Counted from the first letter of the stretch, positions 24,746-35,440 are shown. The stretch is 35,777 nucleotides of DNA from Deltaproteobacteria bacterium (GCA_016283195.1 JAEEML010000021.1:1-35777); one strand, 5' to 3'. Numbers and translations are program-made. Notes: generated by a model from the sequence alone, not told the origin.

Positions 24746-26856
24746 AGAGAGATTTCGCCGATATCGATATCAATACCGCCGGCTTCACCGGCTGATTCGC
24801 CCATATCTATGGTGATGCCGCCCTCATCGCTAGCCGGAGCTTCTGCCGGCTTTTCATTGGCGCCGCCGTAAGGTTTCACGGCCGGAATGGCATCTTTGGG
24901 GTCAACTTTTTTGGTCACTTCGATAACGAGGCGCGTTGATTTGCCGGCGAGCTTGCCTTTAGCCGGTTTCTTGTCGCCCATGGCTTCGGCTTTAATGCGC
25001 TTTTTAGCCACGCCCTTACCGGTTAAATATTTAATAATGACGCCCATTTGCTCTTTGGAAAGAGCCAAGTTTTTCTTCTTGTTGCCGCCGCTTGTGGTGT
25101 AAACCAGCATTTTTACTTGCTCTATTTCCTGATGATTGACGAGGAAAGAGGCCAGTTGATTGAGTACATCGGAATCAGCCGGTTTCAGAGCCGATTTCTT
25201 GGGCACAAAGGTTGGTTGTGCTTTGAGTGTTATCTCTTTCTTCACGAGAGACACCAAGGCTTTACCGCCTTTATCCGGGCAGCCGTCGCGGTCGTCTATG
25301 CCATTGATATTTTCCGGCTCATTCGGGCATTTATCTTTAGCATCCAAAATGCCGTCGCCGTCGTTATCGGGATCGGGGCAGCCGTCTTCGTCTTCATATT
25401 CGTCGATATCTTCAGGATGGAGTGGGCAGAGGTCGCCGTAATCGGGGATGCCGTCTTTATCGTTATCGGGTTCCGGACAGCCGTCATCATCTTCAAATTC
25501 ATCGAAATCTTCTTTTTCGTTCGGGCATTTATCGTCGCCATCCAAAATGCCGTCGCCGTCGTTATCGGGATCGGGGCAACCGTCTTCATCTTTGAAGCCA
25601 TCCATATCTTCCGGTTCGGTAGGACAGGCGTCCTGAGCATCAAGAATACCATCGCCATCGTTATCGGGTTCCGGGCAACCGTCTTCATCTTTGAAGCCAT
25701 CCATATCTTCCGGCTCATTCGGGCACATATCGTCTTCATCGGGGATGCCATCATTATCATTATCGGGATCGGGACAGCCGTCTTCATCCTGGAAGCCATC
25801 GATATCTTCCGCCTCATTGGGACATTTATCTTTCTTATCTTCTATGCCATCGTCATCGGCATCGTCGATGCGCTCACCCATATAGTAACCGGCGCGGGCA
25901 AAAACGCGCATTTTCGGTGAACCGTAGCCGGGCAGAAGGCCAAAGCCGATACCGCCACCAAAGAATATTTCGCCAAAGTGATAAACGCGAGTGTGGGTGA
26001 GGCCAATCATGGCTTCCATGGGGTTTTGGGCTTCGGCTTTTGAGGCATCTACCAGGCCAAAGGGGTTAAAGGCGGCAGTGTGGCCGTAAATCTCGGCCAT
26101 GACTTCCTACTAAGCTTTTTCGGCGCCGAAATTGCTACCTACACCGACTTTGTAAAAGATTTCGTCATCAAGTTCCAAAGAGAGCACTTTAGCGCTCTTG
26201 GCCCGCCAGCGATAACCTAAATCAACAGCAAAACGCACCATATCGAAAGTGGAAGAGAGAGCGAGGTAAGGGGCTAAAACTACACCCGCTTCACCGGCAA
26301 AAGCCTTTTCGTTACCTGTCGGCAAAATGGTATTCATGGCAATGGCCAGAGAAAAACGGCCATCTTCCAAATTCACTACTCGCACTTTGGGAGTTAAGCG
26401 AATATCGCCAAAATTTACAGCTTGCAAGCTGTCGCTCTGGACGCCTATTTGTACCTGCGGGGTGGAAAGGCCGCTTTGAAAGAGTATTACCGGAATATCA
26501 ATAGCCAGTTCCACATAATTCCAAAAACCGATGGCGGCTACGATGTTGGCATCTAAGCGATGGGCCACCAGTTCACCGGCGCTGACTTTGGGCTTGGTGT
26601 TTTTATAAACCACAGCCAGTGGCGCCCAGGCATAATTAAAGTTTAAGCTGGCATTAACCTTAAGGTGTGGGTTGATATCGCCGGAATCAACGCTCATAAA
26701 GCCATACATATCACCGGCTACATGGAAATTTTGCACATCAACAGCGGTTCCCGAAGTGGAAGAGGCAATTTCCGCCTTAGCTTCCGGCTGCAAAGAGAAA
26801 AGAGATAAGGAAAGCGCTGCTATTGTTAAGGATAATCGGCTTTTCAACTTAACCAC
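24742..26856 (-). pseudogene. TraB-like protein (beta-barrel + TSP type-3 repeats + OmpA-like domain) interrupted in frame by TAG TAG at 26112-26107
   Basis: ORFs 26856-26110 and 26100-24742 share a frame; the junction reads GCT TAG TAG GAA GTC ATG. Signal peptide and barrel strands lie in the 5' part; remaining strands, DxDxDG repeats and the OmpA-like domain lie in the 3' part. Confidence 0.8.
25275..25870 (-). repeat. Six 99-nt coding repeats (thrombospondin type-3 / Ca-binding, DNDGDGILD..D.CP.E.ED.DG..DEDGCP)
   Basis: Visible in both DNA and protein. Confidence 0.92.
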
Positions 26857-27036
26857 AAGCCACCTCCGGAGGTGTAAAAAACGTAAAAAGTGCCGATGAA
26901 AACTAGGTAAAAGCCGCTTTAGGCCAATTCTCGAGGCAAAAAACGAGCTTTTGCCACCGACACAGCATCACAATTTGTCACAAAAAGAGGTGAAGTTCAA
27001 TTATTTAATATGGCGCAATATAATAATCGCTGTTTT

Positions 27037-28425
27037 TTAGGCTAATAGGGTGAGGAGCAATTGGGTATTGGCGAGGTAAATAAGAATACCGGTAATATCA
27101 AGAACAGTGGTAACGAGCGGCCCGGAGGCGATGGCCGGGTCGGTGCCGATTAATTTAAAAAAGGAGGGCACGGCTACGCCCATTAGGGCTGCCGTTGTCA
27201 TGCTGATCATCATAGAGGTGCCGACAATAATCCCCACCAGCGGGGCGCCGTTATGAATGGCACCGATGGAACCGACCAAAATGCCGCATATAAGGCCGAT
27301 GGAGAGGCCAACCAGAAGCTCGCGGATAAAGGTGCGCGAAAGATTATGTAGTTGCACTTTGCCGAGGGCAAAGCCGCGAATGACAATAGTGGCGCTCTGA
27401 GATCCCATATTGCCGGCCATAGCGGTGATAACCGGCACAAAGCTGATTAAAATCATGGCATCGAGCAGTTTTATATTGTCGAATTTGGTGATTAAATAGC
27501 CGGTGATGAGGCCGCCCAAAAGGTTGGAGACCAGCCAAGGCAGGCGGCGCATGATGATGCTAAAAATTTTATTTCCATAGACGAGGTCTTCCGAAGAGGT
27601 ACCCACAAAGCGGAGCATATCTTCCGAAGCCTCTTCATCTAAAACATCAACTACATCGTCGATAAGAATACGGCCTAAAAGAACTTCGTTTTCATCGACA
27701 ACCGGCATACTGACGAGATCGTATTTGCGGAAGAGGCGGGCTACATCTTCCTGATCCAGCTGAGGCGGCACGGTGATGACGGCCGGCTCTTTGAGATCGT
27801 CCAGCGTGGTATCCTGATCGGCATAGAGCAGGCGGATAATGGGTACCAGGCCCAAAAATTTACCATCTTTGTCGGTGACGTAAATATGGCGCAGTTCTTC
27901 TATTTCCTGGTGCATTTCGCGGAGTGAAGCAATGGCCTCCCGCACGGTGAGCGTGCTCTCCATGGAGGCGAGTTCCGTCTGCATGATACCGCCGGCGGAG
28001 TCATCGGGGTAGGACATAAGTTGCTGAATATCTTCGGCATCTTCTTCGTCCATAGAGTGGAGAATGGTCTCAACCTGCTTATCCGGGAGCTCGGCTAAAA
28101 GGTCGGCGGCGTCGTCGGTATCCATTTCGCCGACAATGGCGCTAAGGCGCTGGGTGCTTAAAAAATGCACCATCTTTTGGCGTTGATGTTCCGGCAGCTC
28201 TTCCAAAACGAGGGAAGCATCTTCGTCATTAAGATATTTAATAACGCGCGGCCAGTCGTCTTCATCTGGCAGCAGCATTAAAAGCTCGGCAATATCGGCC
28301 GGGTGCAGCGGCTCAAGGTATTCTTTAAGCGCACCGTCGCTTTCATCGGCCAAAATGCGGGCTATCTCCTCTTTATCCGGCGGGGTGAGCCCCTCTTCAA
28401 CTTCGGTATTTTCTATCTCTTCCAA
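27037..28425 (-). CDS. mgtE: Magnesium transporter MgtE
   Basis: LHPADIA, MDTDDAAD, YPDDSAGGIM, CBS pair, RRLPWL, MAGNMGSQ, DPAIASGPLVTTVLDITG. Confidence 0.96.
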   Translation of the reverse strand: MEEIENTEVEEGLTPPDKEEIARILADESDGALKEYLEPLHPADIAELLMLLPDEDDWPRVIKYLNDEDASLVLEELPEHQRQKMVHFLSTQRLSAIVGEMDTDDAADLLAELPDKQVETILHSMDEEDAEDIQQLMSYPDDSAGGIMQTELASMESTLTVREAIASLREMHQEIEELRHIYVTDKDGKFLGLVPIIRLLYADQDTTLDDLKEPAVITVPPQLDQEDVARLFRKYDLVSMPVVDENEVLLGRILIDDVVDVLDEEASEDMLRFVGTSSEDLVYGNKIFSIIMRRLPWLVSNLLGGLITGYLITKFDNIKLLDAMILISFVPVITAMAGNMGSQSATIVIRGFALGKVQLHNLSRTFIRELLVGLSIGLICGILVGSIGAIHNGAPLVGIIVGTSMMISMTTAALMGVAVPSFFKLIGTDPAIASGPLVTTVLDITGILIYLANTQLLLTLLA

Positions 28426-28584
28426 CGTCTTATCTCTTCTCTAATCTTCTTTAGAAGCACCAAACTGCCGCCCCCTTAGTAACAGAATGAAATGGTGATT
28501 TCAATGATCTTTGGCAATTTTATGTGAATTACGGTAAAGCTCTTTTTTAAAAGTGGCCGCGTAGGCCGGATAAGGTGGATATAT

Positions 28585-30213
28585 ATGCAAAAGATATTGA
28601 AAACCCATGGTTTAATGTTTACTTTGGCTGCTCTTTTATTTTTGTGGGCTTGCAATACGGCTCCTGAACCTGTGCGGGTTTCCATTATTTCCACCAACGA
28701 TTTTCACGGGCGCATCGACGGCGGGAGCGATAGCGATTTGGGCTATCGGGCGCATGGCGGTTTTGGCTGGATTTTGGGCTATTTTAACGCCGTGCGCCAG
28801 GATAACCCGGACGGCGTGATTTTAGTCGATGGCGGTGATCTCTGGCAGGGCACTTTGCTCTCCAACATGACCAAAGGCCAGGCGGTGATAGACCTTTACA
28901 ACACTGCCGGTTACGATGCGGTGGCTCTTGGCAACCACGAGTTTGATTTTGGTAACGGCGGCGGTGAGAGTTCTGATTTGCGCCATGTTTTAAAAGAGCG
29001 CTTAAAAGAGGCTCACTTCCCCATGCTGGCGGCCAATGTTATTACGATAGAAGACCGTAAGCCACTGGAATTACCCAATTTTAAGCCTTATACCATTATC
29101 GAGCGCAAAGGGGTGAAAGTGGGTATAATAGGCCTCGCCACTCCCAATACCCGGCAGACAACTCTCACCAAAAATATTAAAGACCTCGATTTTACCGAGC
29201 CGGCGGCGGCAGTAATGCGCTATAGCGCCATTTTGCGGCAGAAGGGGGCCCAGGCGGTGGTGGTGCTCACCCATCTTGGAGCCACCTGGGATAAGGAAAA
29301 GCAGGAATGGAGCGGCGAACTTGTTGATTTAATAAAAGAAGTCGGTAGCGAAATAGACCTGGCCGTCGGTGCTCATACCCACACTATTATTAGTGAGCGC
29401 ATTAACGGCGTGCCTATGATGTCGGCCGGTTTTTACGGGCGCTCTTTTACGAGAGCCGATCTCCTGATTGACAGCCGCAAAAAAGGGCGTGATGCTCTTT
29501 TAGGTGTTGAGCTGGAAGGAGCCACCTTTTTCTTTCGTAAGAGCACTAGCGAGGCTCCGCCCACTTACCATGGCCGGCCAGTTAAACGTGATAGTTCGTT
29601 TGATGCTAAATATGCTGAATATTACAAAAAAGTAGCTGCTATTGTCGATGAGGTATATGGCGAGGTGCCGGTGGAAATATCTCGCGAGGGCGACTATGAT
29701 ACCCCGATGGGGCGCCTTGTGGCCGATGCTCTTTTAGCGGCCGCTCCCAAAGCCGACCTGGCTATGACCAATCGCGGCGGTGTGCGTACCGGCCTTAATG
29801 CCGGGAAAATAACTTATGGCGATATTTTTAAAGTAATACCTTTTGATAATGAGCTGATGGTGGTGAATCTTAGCGGGCAGCAGATTATAACGGCTTTGGA
29901 ACATGGGCTCAACACCTACTATTGGCCGCTGGAAATTGCGGGAATTATTGTTATATTTGATAAATCTCCCGGCGGTGATTCACGGGTGAAAAAGATAATT
30001 CTGCGCGATGGCAGCCTTTTGGCGCCCGCAAGTTCTTACCGGGTGGCCACCAACGATTTCCTCTTTGGCGGCGGCGACGGTTACGGCGCTTTTACCGGCG
30101 GTAGCGGCGAGCATACCAATATTCCGCTACGTGAGGCTCTGGCCCGTTATTTGCGTAGCCACTCGCCGATTGTAGCTCCGGAAGAAGCCCGCTATATTGT
30201 GGCTAACCCCTGA
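28585..30213 (+). CDS. 5'-nucleotidase/UDP-sugar hydrolase-family lipoprotein
   Basis: Lipobox LWA-C; TNDFHG, DGGD, LGNHEFD, LTHLG, GAHTH, NRGGVR, PFDN, FLFGGGDGY. Confidence 0.93.
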   Translation: MQKILKTHGLMFTLAALLFLWACNTAPEPVRVSIISTNDFHGRIDGGSDSDLGYRAHGGFGWILGYFNAVRQDNPDGVILVDGGDLWQGTLLSNMTKGQAVIDLYNTAGYDAVALGNHEFDFGNGGGESSDLRHVLKERLKEAHFPMLAANVITIEDRKPLELPNFKPYTIIERKGVKVGIIGLATPNTRQTTLTKNIKDLDFTEPAAAVMRYSAILRQKGAQAVVVLTHLGATWDKEKQEWSGELVDLIKEVGSEIDLAVGAHTHTIISERINGVPMMSAGFYGRSFTRADLLIDSRKKGRDALLGVELEGATFFFRKSTSEAPPTYHGRPVKRDSSFDAKYAEYYKKVAAIVDEVYGEVPVEISREGDYDTPMGRLVADALLAAAPKADLAMTNRGGVRTGLNAGKITYGDIFKVIPFDNELMVVNLSGQQIITALEHGLNTYYWPLEIAGIIVIFDKSPGGDSRVKKIILRDGSLLAPASSYRVATNDFLFGGGDGYGAFTGGSGEHTNIPLREALARYLRSHSPIVAPEEARYIVANP

Positions 30214-30225
30214 GCATTTTCTTGA

Positions 30226-30594
30226 CCTCAGCCCCCGGCTAAGCGGACCTCACCTCCTCAAGTACTGGAAATCATTGAAGTTCGCCCCTCTCCCAAGCGG
30301 CGAGGGGCTCCGCAAAATGTCAAAATGTAAAATAACTAGTTACCGAGCTCGGGCAGGGTGCCGGGGCAGCAGCCCCGGCTAAGCCAGCCCCAGTTCAGAA
30401 GGCAGATCTCTAAAAGCAGGCAAAGCAGGTGGTACGGCAGAAAAAACGCAATAATCTGCCATCATTAGTAAATAATTCGCCTAGCTAATGACGGGGTTAT
30501 TAGGGGCAGAGCCCATAATTCGCGGGCGGAGGAAAGGGAGGGAGCGGGAGGGAAAAACAGAGCGCCTCGAAACAAGCGGGGTTTTCCCTCCCGC
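30226..30594. repeat. Cluster of GC-rich REP/MITE-like palindromes
   Basis: gcccctc..gaggggc (30284-30308), gccggggc-agca-gccccggc (30360-30379), ggggcagagccc (~30503-30514), gcgggagggaaaa/ttttccctcccgc (30544-30556 and 30582-30594). Confidence 0.65.
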
Positions 30595-30831
30595 AAAGAA
30601 AAAACAGCATAAAATCAAGAAGAAAAATCGAGAAGAAACGGGCGTCGTAGTTAAGAAGAAAAGAGACCGCACCGTTAGCGGAGGTTTTCCCAAAAAAGAA
30701 AAAACAAGTGACGAAAACAGAGCGGACTAAAATTGCACTCCACCTATAAATAACGGTGGCTTTTTTATTTTGATAGAGTAGAGTGACCTTTAATATTTTC
30801 GGCGGATGGTTCGCCGTTTTGGAGGTTCTCT

Positions 30832-32172
30832 ATGAATTCTTATGCAGCTCGTGTTCTCGATGATCTCAAAGCGCGTAATGGTTGGGAAAGTGAATTTTTG
30901 CAAGCCGTAGCCGAGGTTTTTGAATCACTTTCCGAAGTTCTGGACAGTGATTCCAGCTATGAAGAAGCCGGTATTTTGGAGCGCATTGTTGAGCCGGAGC
31001 GGGTGATAGAATTTAGAGTACCCTGGCGGGATGACCAAAATAAGCCGCGCGTCAATCGCGGCTACCGCGTGCAATTTAATAGTGCTATCGGTCCCTATAA
31101 AGGCGGCCTGCGTTTTGCACCAAATGTTACTCTTAGCACCATGAAATTCCTGGGTTTTGAGCAGATTTTCAAAAACAGCCTCACCGGCCTGCCCATGGGT
31201 GGCGGCAAAGGCGGTGCCGATTTTGACCCCACCGGCAAGAGCCAATATGAAGTGGAGCGTTTTTGTCAGAGCTTTATGACCGAGCTCTGTCGCCACATTG
31301 GCGCTGATACCGATGTTCCGGCCGGTGATTTGGGCGTGGGCGCCCGCGAAATTGGCTATATGTTTGGCCAATATAAACGTTGCCGCAATATTTTTGAGGG
31401 TGTGCTTACCGGTAAAGGCCAGACCTGGGGCGGCTCCATCATGCGGCCTGAAGCTACCGGCTTTGGCGTTATTTATTTTGTGCGCGAGATGTTAAAGCAC
31501 ATCGGCCAGGATATCGAAGGCAAGCGCATTGCCATCTCCGGCTTTGGTAACGTGGCCTGGGGCGTGGTGAAAAAAGCCACCGAACTGGGCGCCAAAGTAG
31601 TGACCCTCTCCGGCCCGGATGGTTACATTTTGGACGAAGACGGCTTTAACGACGAAAAGATCGACTATATGCTCACCATGCGCGCCTCCGGCCGCAATAA
31701 AGTCCAGGATTATGCCGATAAATTCCATGTGCCTTTCTATGCCGGTAAGCGCCCGTGGGAAGTGGCCTGCGATGTGGCTATCCCCGCCGCTTTGCAAAAT
31801 GAGCTCAATGAAGACAACGCCAAAGACCTCATCAAAGGCGGTTGCAAAATGGTTTGCGAAGCGGCCAATATGCCCTGCACGCCGGAAGCTATCAATGCCT
31901 TTATCGCTAATAAAATTGTTTATGCTCCGGGCAAAGCAGCCAATGCCGGCGGCGTGGCTACTTCCGGCCTGGAAATGACCCAAAACAGCATCCGCCTGCG
32001 CTGGACTAAAGAAGAAGTCGATGCCAAACTTTTAGGCATTATGCAAGGTATTCACCATAGCTGCCTGGAAGCCGCCGCCAAATATGGCCACCCGGGTAAT
32101 TACATGGTTGGCGCCAATGTGGCCGGCTTCCTCAAAGTGGCTACAGCCATGAAAGAACAGGGCCACTGCTGA
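30832..32172 (+). CDS. gdhA: Glutamate dehydrogenase (NADP-specific GdhA type)
   Basis: GPYKGGLRF, FKNSLTGLPMGGGKGG, DVPAGD, RPEATGFG, SGFGNV, KAANAGGVATSGLEM; GGAGGT RBS. Confidence 0.97.
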   Translation: MNSYAARVLDDLKARNGWESEFLQAVAEVFESLSEVLDSDSSYEEAGILERIVEPERVIEFRVPWRDDQNKPRVNRGYRVQFNSAIGPYKGGLRFAPNVTLSTMKFLGFEQIFKNSLTGLPMGGGKGGADFDPTGKSQYEVERFCQSFMTELCRHIGADTDVPAGDLGVGAREIGYMFGQYKRCRNIFEGVLTGKGQTWGGSIMRPEATGFGVIYFVREMLKHIGQDIEGKRIAISGFGNVAWGVVKKATELGAKVVTLSGPDGYILDEDGFNDEKIDYMLTMRASGRNKVQDYADKFHVPFYAGKRPWEVACDVAIPAALQNELNEDNAKDLIKGGCKMVCEAANMPCTPEAINAFIANKIVYAPGKAANAGGVATSGLEMTQNSIRLRWTKEEVDAKLLGIMQGIHHSCLEAAAKYGHPGNYMVGANVAGFLKVATAMKEQGHC

Positions 32173-32378
32173 TTAGTCTTTGAACACCGCTCCTAAAAAC
32201 TAGCGGAAATAATTGTATATCACCACCTCCAATTTTTCTCATTACTCTCCCTCACCACCTCCGTTACAGCTGGTTATTTTTTTAGCGTAAGTGGCAAAAA
32301 CAGGCGTTGCTTTAAAATCTAGCCATTGGTTATATTTGTTAGGGCAGGGTAATAAGCCCTGACAGAATGGAGGCAGCC

Positions 32379-34130
32379 ATGAAAAAAGCGGTTAAAAAAG
32401 CAATTTTGGGTCTTGTAACCTCTCTTTGTCTCCAAAGCTTTAATGCTTGTTGTGGGGGCAAACCTGCCGAACCCGAAACTCAGGAGGAAGGTAATGCCAG
32501 TAATAGTAATGTAAACGAAAGCTATCCTGATGTGCGCGTTGAAGAAAATAACCGCGCGATAGTGGATGAAACAAATTGTCTTGCCATTGATTTGGGGAGT
32601 CCTGAGGGCTCCAGCGATTATGATGTGAGCGTAAAGGCCGAAGAGGGCGCTCTTACAATTGATATTAAAGCCGCCGAAGCGCTTTGTTTAAAACTTTCCG
32701 GCACTTTTGACGGCGGGGTGAAGGTTAAAAACAGCAAAAATGTCGATGTCGATCTCATATTTGATAATATTTCTATCACCAGCGAGGCACATGACGGCTT
32801 TTTAAAACTAAATACCGCGGATGATAACAGCGGAGCTCTCTACCTGGTAAAACTGGTGGGCAACTCTTCCATCAGCGGCTCAGCAACTGAGGAAGCCAAA
32901 AAGGTGCTCTCCGCCCAAACGCATCTGAGCTTTACCGGCGACGGCGTACTTAATGTAAATGCTCAATATAAAACCGCTATTGCCTGCGACGATGTATTAA
33001 AAATCTATAGCGGCACCATCAATATCAATGTGGATAGAAAAGCAGCGGCAAAGATTGATGGCTATGCAGAAAAAGGCTTTGGAATAAAGGCACTTAACGG
33101 CTTTGTGCTGGCCGGTGGCGCCGTTAATATAAAGGCCGATGACAATATTACCTCCTATGAAGCGCGCGGCATTAAAGTAGATGGCAGCGACGAAGCGGCC
33201 TATAGTAGCGGCAAAGGTTATATCCGCATTGAGGGCGGCTCGCTCACCATTATTGCCGATGCCAAGGGGCTCACGGCCGGCTGGGATATCGACGAAGACG
33301 CCACTACGGTAGCGACCGATGATGACCCGCGCCCCGATGTCATCATCAGTGGCGGGAAGATTAATATTACCACTTTGGGCACGCCGCGCGAGGATGAGAC
33401 CAACAGCCTGAGCCCGGAAGGCATTGAAGGCAAACGCAATGTCACCATTTCTGGCGGCGAGATTATAGTAAATTCCACCGATGACGGCATAAATGCCGGT
33501 AAAAGAATTGCTATTGAGGGCGGTAAAGTTTTTGTTAAAGCCAGTACCAACGATGGCATGGATGCCAATAGTTCTATAATAATTTCCGGTGGTTTGGTCT
33601 TTACTTTGGGGGCCGGCGCGCCTGAAGCCGGGCTGGATGCCGATAGCAACAGCAATGTGGTTTATAAAGGCGGCACCCTTATAGCTATCGGCGGCGATAA
33701 TAATGTGCCGCAAGGTAGCGGCTCTTTTGTCTCGGCAGCTCTTAATATTACTGAAAGCAGCGGCGGCGCCGGCCCCGGCGGTAATCAGCCCGGTGGCATG
33801 GGCAATTCTGCAGCTCTTGCCGGGCACACCTTGGCGCTTACGGCCAAAGATTCCAGCCAGGTATTAGCAGCCGTAAAAGTACCAGATAATTATGTGGGCG
33901 GCACCAATGTGCTGTTTTTGGCCAGCGGGATAACTGCCGGTTCTTCTTATGTTATTCACGATAACCCGGCTTTCTCTGCCGCTGATTTAAGCTGGTTTAA
34001 TGCGGCTATTTTGGCGGGGAGCGCCACTTTATCAGCGGGGAGCGCGCTCACGGAAGTTACAGCCGGCCAGGCCAGCGGCGGCCAGGGTGGGCCCGGCGGC
34101 CCGGGTGGACCCGGCGGGCAGCCCTTCTGA
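32379..34130 (+). CDS. Cthe_2159/DUF4353-type carbohydrate-binding beta-helix protein, probably exported or lipidated
   Basis: Repeated I.GG.I.I...DG turns (ISGGKINI, EGIEGK, DDGINA, DGMDAN); GGPGG tail; start ATG 32379 after GGAGG. Confidence 0.82.
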   Translation: MKKAVKKAILGLVTSLCLQSFNACCGGKPAEPETQEEGNASNSNVNESYPDVRVEENNRAIVDETNCLAIDLGSPEGSSDYDVSVKAEEGALTIDIKAAEALCLKLSGTFDGGVKVKNSKNVDVDLIFDNISITSEAHDGFLKLNTADDNSGALYLVKLVGNSSISGSATEEAKKVLSAQTHLSFTGDGVLNVNAQYKTAIACDDVLKIYSGTININVDRKAAAKIDGYAEKGFGIKALNGFVLAGGAVNIKADDNITSYEARGIKVDGSDEAAYSSGKGYIRIEGGSLTIIADAKGLTAGWDIDEDATTVATDDDPRPDVIISGGKINITTLGTPREDETNSLSPEGIEGKRNVTISGGEIIVNSTDDGINAGKRIAIEGGKVFVKASTNDGMDANSSIIISGGLVFTLGAGAPEAGLDADSNSNVVYKGGTLIAIGGDNNVPQGSGSFVSAALNITESSGGAGPGGNQPGGMGNSAALAGHTLALTAKDSSQVLAAVKVPDNYVGGTNVLFLASGITAGSSYVIHDNPAFSAADLSWFNAAILAGSATLSAGSALTEVTAGQASGGQGGPGGPGGPGGQPF

Positions 34131-34298
34131 TTGTAAACCGTGCCGGCTTTGGGGCCAGAACAGGCAATTATTATTCATTAGCCCGATTATCTCCTGGTGG
34201 CTTTTTTGTAAGTTATAAAATGGCTTCTAGCCGGTTGAGAGGGAGGTGGCAAGTGAAAAACAGAGTAAAATATGGTAGTTAGTGCCCCGCGCCAAACT

Positions 34299-35291
34299 TT
34301 AAGCCTTATATAATTCTCCCATAGCGCTAATTTCCTCTTTAATTTCCCTGATGAGTTCCGGCGGCGCTAGAACACGCACTGTTTTCCCTTGGCCCAAAAC
34401 CCAGCGCTTTATTTCCGGGAGCTGGGTGGTTTTAAAGTGCACATCCACCGAACCATCAGCGTTGCGCGTGATTTGCTGGGTGGAATTCCACACCAATTCT
34501 TTGGCAAAAGCGGCGAGTTCCGGGATAACGCGCAAGGTGATTTCATAAGGCACGCGCTGCGAGGCCCAAACGCCGATTTCCGGGTCGATATAATCGCGGA
34601 AATTAAAGCTTTTTGGCACGCTAAAGTGGCGATTTTCCAGCTTTGTTTCGCGCATTCGGCTAAAAGTGAAGAGGCGCACATCATCTTTTAATGTATCGTA
34701 ACCGATGACATACCAGCGGCTTTTTTGGCACACCACATGGTAGGGGCGGATGGTGCGCTCTTTGTAATCCGGCTGCTCCATGGGGCGGTACAAAAAGGTG
34801 ATTTCCCGCTTTTCGCTGAGAGCGGTAAAGATATCTCTAAAAACAGCGGAATCAATAGGTGGCAGCGCTTCGGGGATAAAAGTAAGATTATTGAGCGGAT
34901 CCTCCTCCAGGATGGTCACTTTTTCGCTCAGGCTGGCCACAATTTTTCTGATAACGGCTCTAAGCTCGCCCTCGAGAGGTGTATTGCTGTAAGCCATGAG
35001 CAGTTTTTTGAGCAGCATGACACTGAAAAGCTCGTTTTTATCGAGGCTTATGTCTTTAATATAAAATGATTTTTCGGTGTAATAATAGCCGCTTTTGCTT
35101 CTGTCGAAGGCAATGGGAGCGTTGTAAAAGAGCTTTAGTTCCTCAATATCGCGGCTGATGGTGCGCACGCTGACTTCCAGCTTTTGGGCTAGAAAAGAGC
35201 TATTGGGGTAAGTATTTTTTCTCAGCTCGCTGTCGATGGCTTTTAAGCGGCGCAGAACCACTTTTTCCTGGGCCTTTTGCTGGCTTTTCAT
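34299..35291 (-). CDS. wHTH-WYL-WCX transcriptional regulator (YafY/PafBC-like)
   Basis: LAQKLEVSVRTISRDIEELK (HTH), ERTIRPYHV..SRWYVIGY..VRLFTFSRM (WYL), WVLGQGKTVRVLAPPEL (WCX); start ATG 35291 after GAGGA. Confidence 0.92.
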   Translation of the reverse strand: MKSQQKAQEKVVLRRLKAIDSELRKNTYPNSSFLAQKLEVSVRTISRDIEELKLFYNAPIAFDRSKSGYYYTEKSFYIKDISLDKNELFSVMLLKKLLMAYSNTPLEGELRAVIRKIVASLSEKVTILEEDPLNNLTFIPEALPPIDSAVFRDIFTALSEKREITFLYRPMEQPDYKERTIRPYHVVCQKSRWYVIGYDTLKDDVRLFTFSRMRETKLENRHFSVPKSFNFRDYIDPEIGVWASQRVPYEITLRVIPELAAFAKELVWNSTQQITRNADGSVDVHFKTTQLPEIKRWVLGQGKTVRVLAPPELIREIKEEISAMGELYKA

Positions 35292-35440
35292 AAAAATCCT
35301 CACTACTGCCAAAGTGTTTCATCTAAACCGAGTTATCTTTTACCAAAAAGGCGGCTCGGGTGCAATATGGTAAGAGGGAGAGGTGTGGGGGGCACTCTTG
35401 TCAAATACCTATGTTTTTGAGAGTGACTATTTGTATGTTT

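Noticed and set aside
25275-25870. Regular repeats here and at 8696-9700 as CRISPR arrays
   Set aside because: Units are 96-99 nt, in frame and protein-coding, with no unique spacers and no cas genes.
26107-26112. Genome-wide TAG recoding or pyrrolysine readthrough
   Set aside because: TAG ends ordinary genes in this window (MMPL at 4051, rtcB at 12124), and no other gene has an internal TAG.
30488-30730. Lys/Arg-rich 80-aa ORF and its antisense partner
   Set aside because: Arises from purine-rich palindromic and A-rich sequence; no RBS or recognisable domain.
32220-34250. ccacctcc / ggaggtgg as inverted ends around the Cthe_2159-type gene
   Set aside because: An 8-bp Shine-Dalgarno-like core with poor extension and no target duplication.
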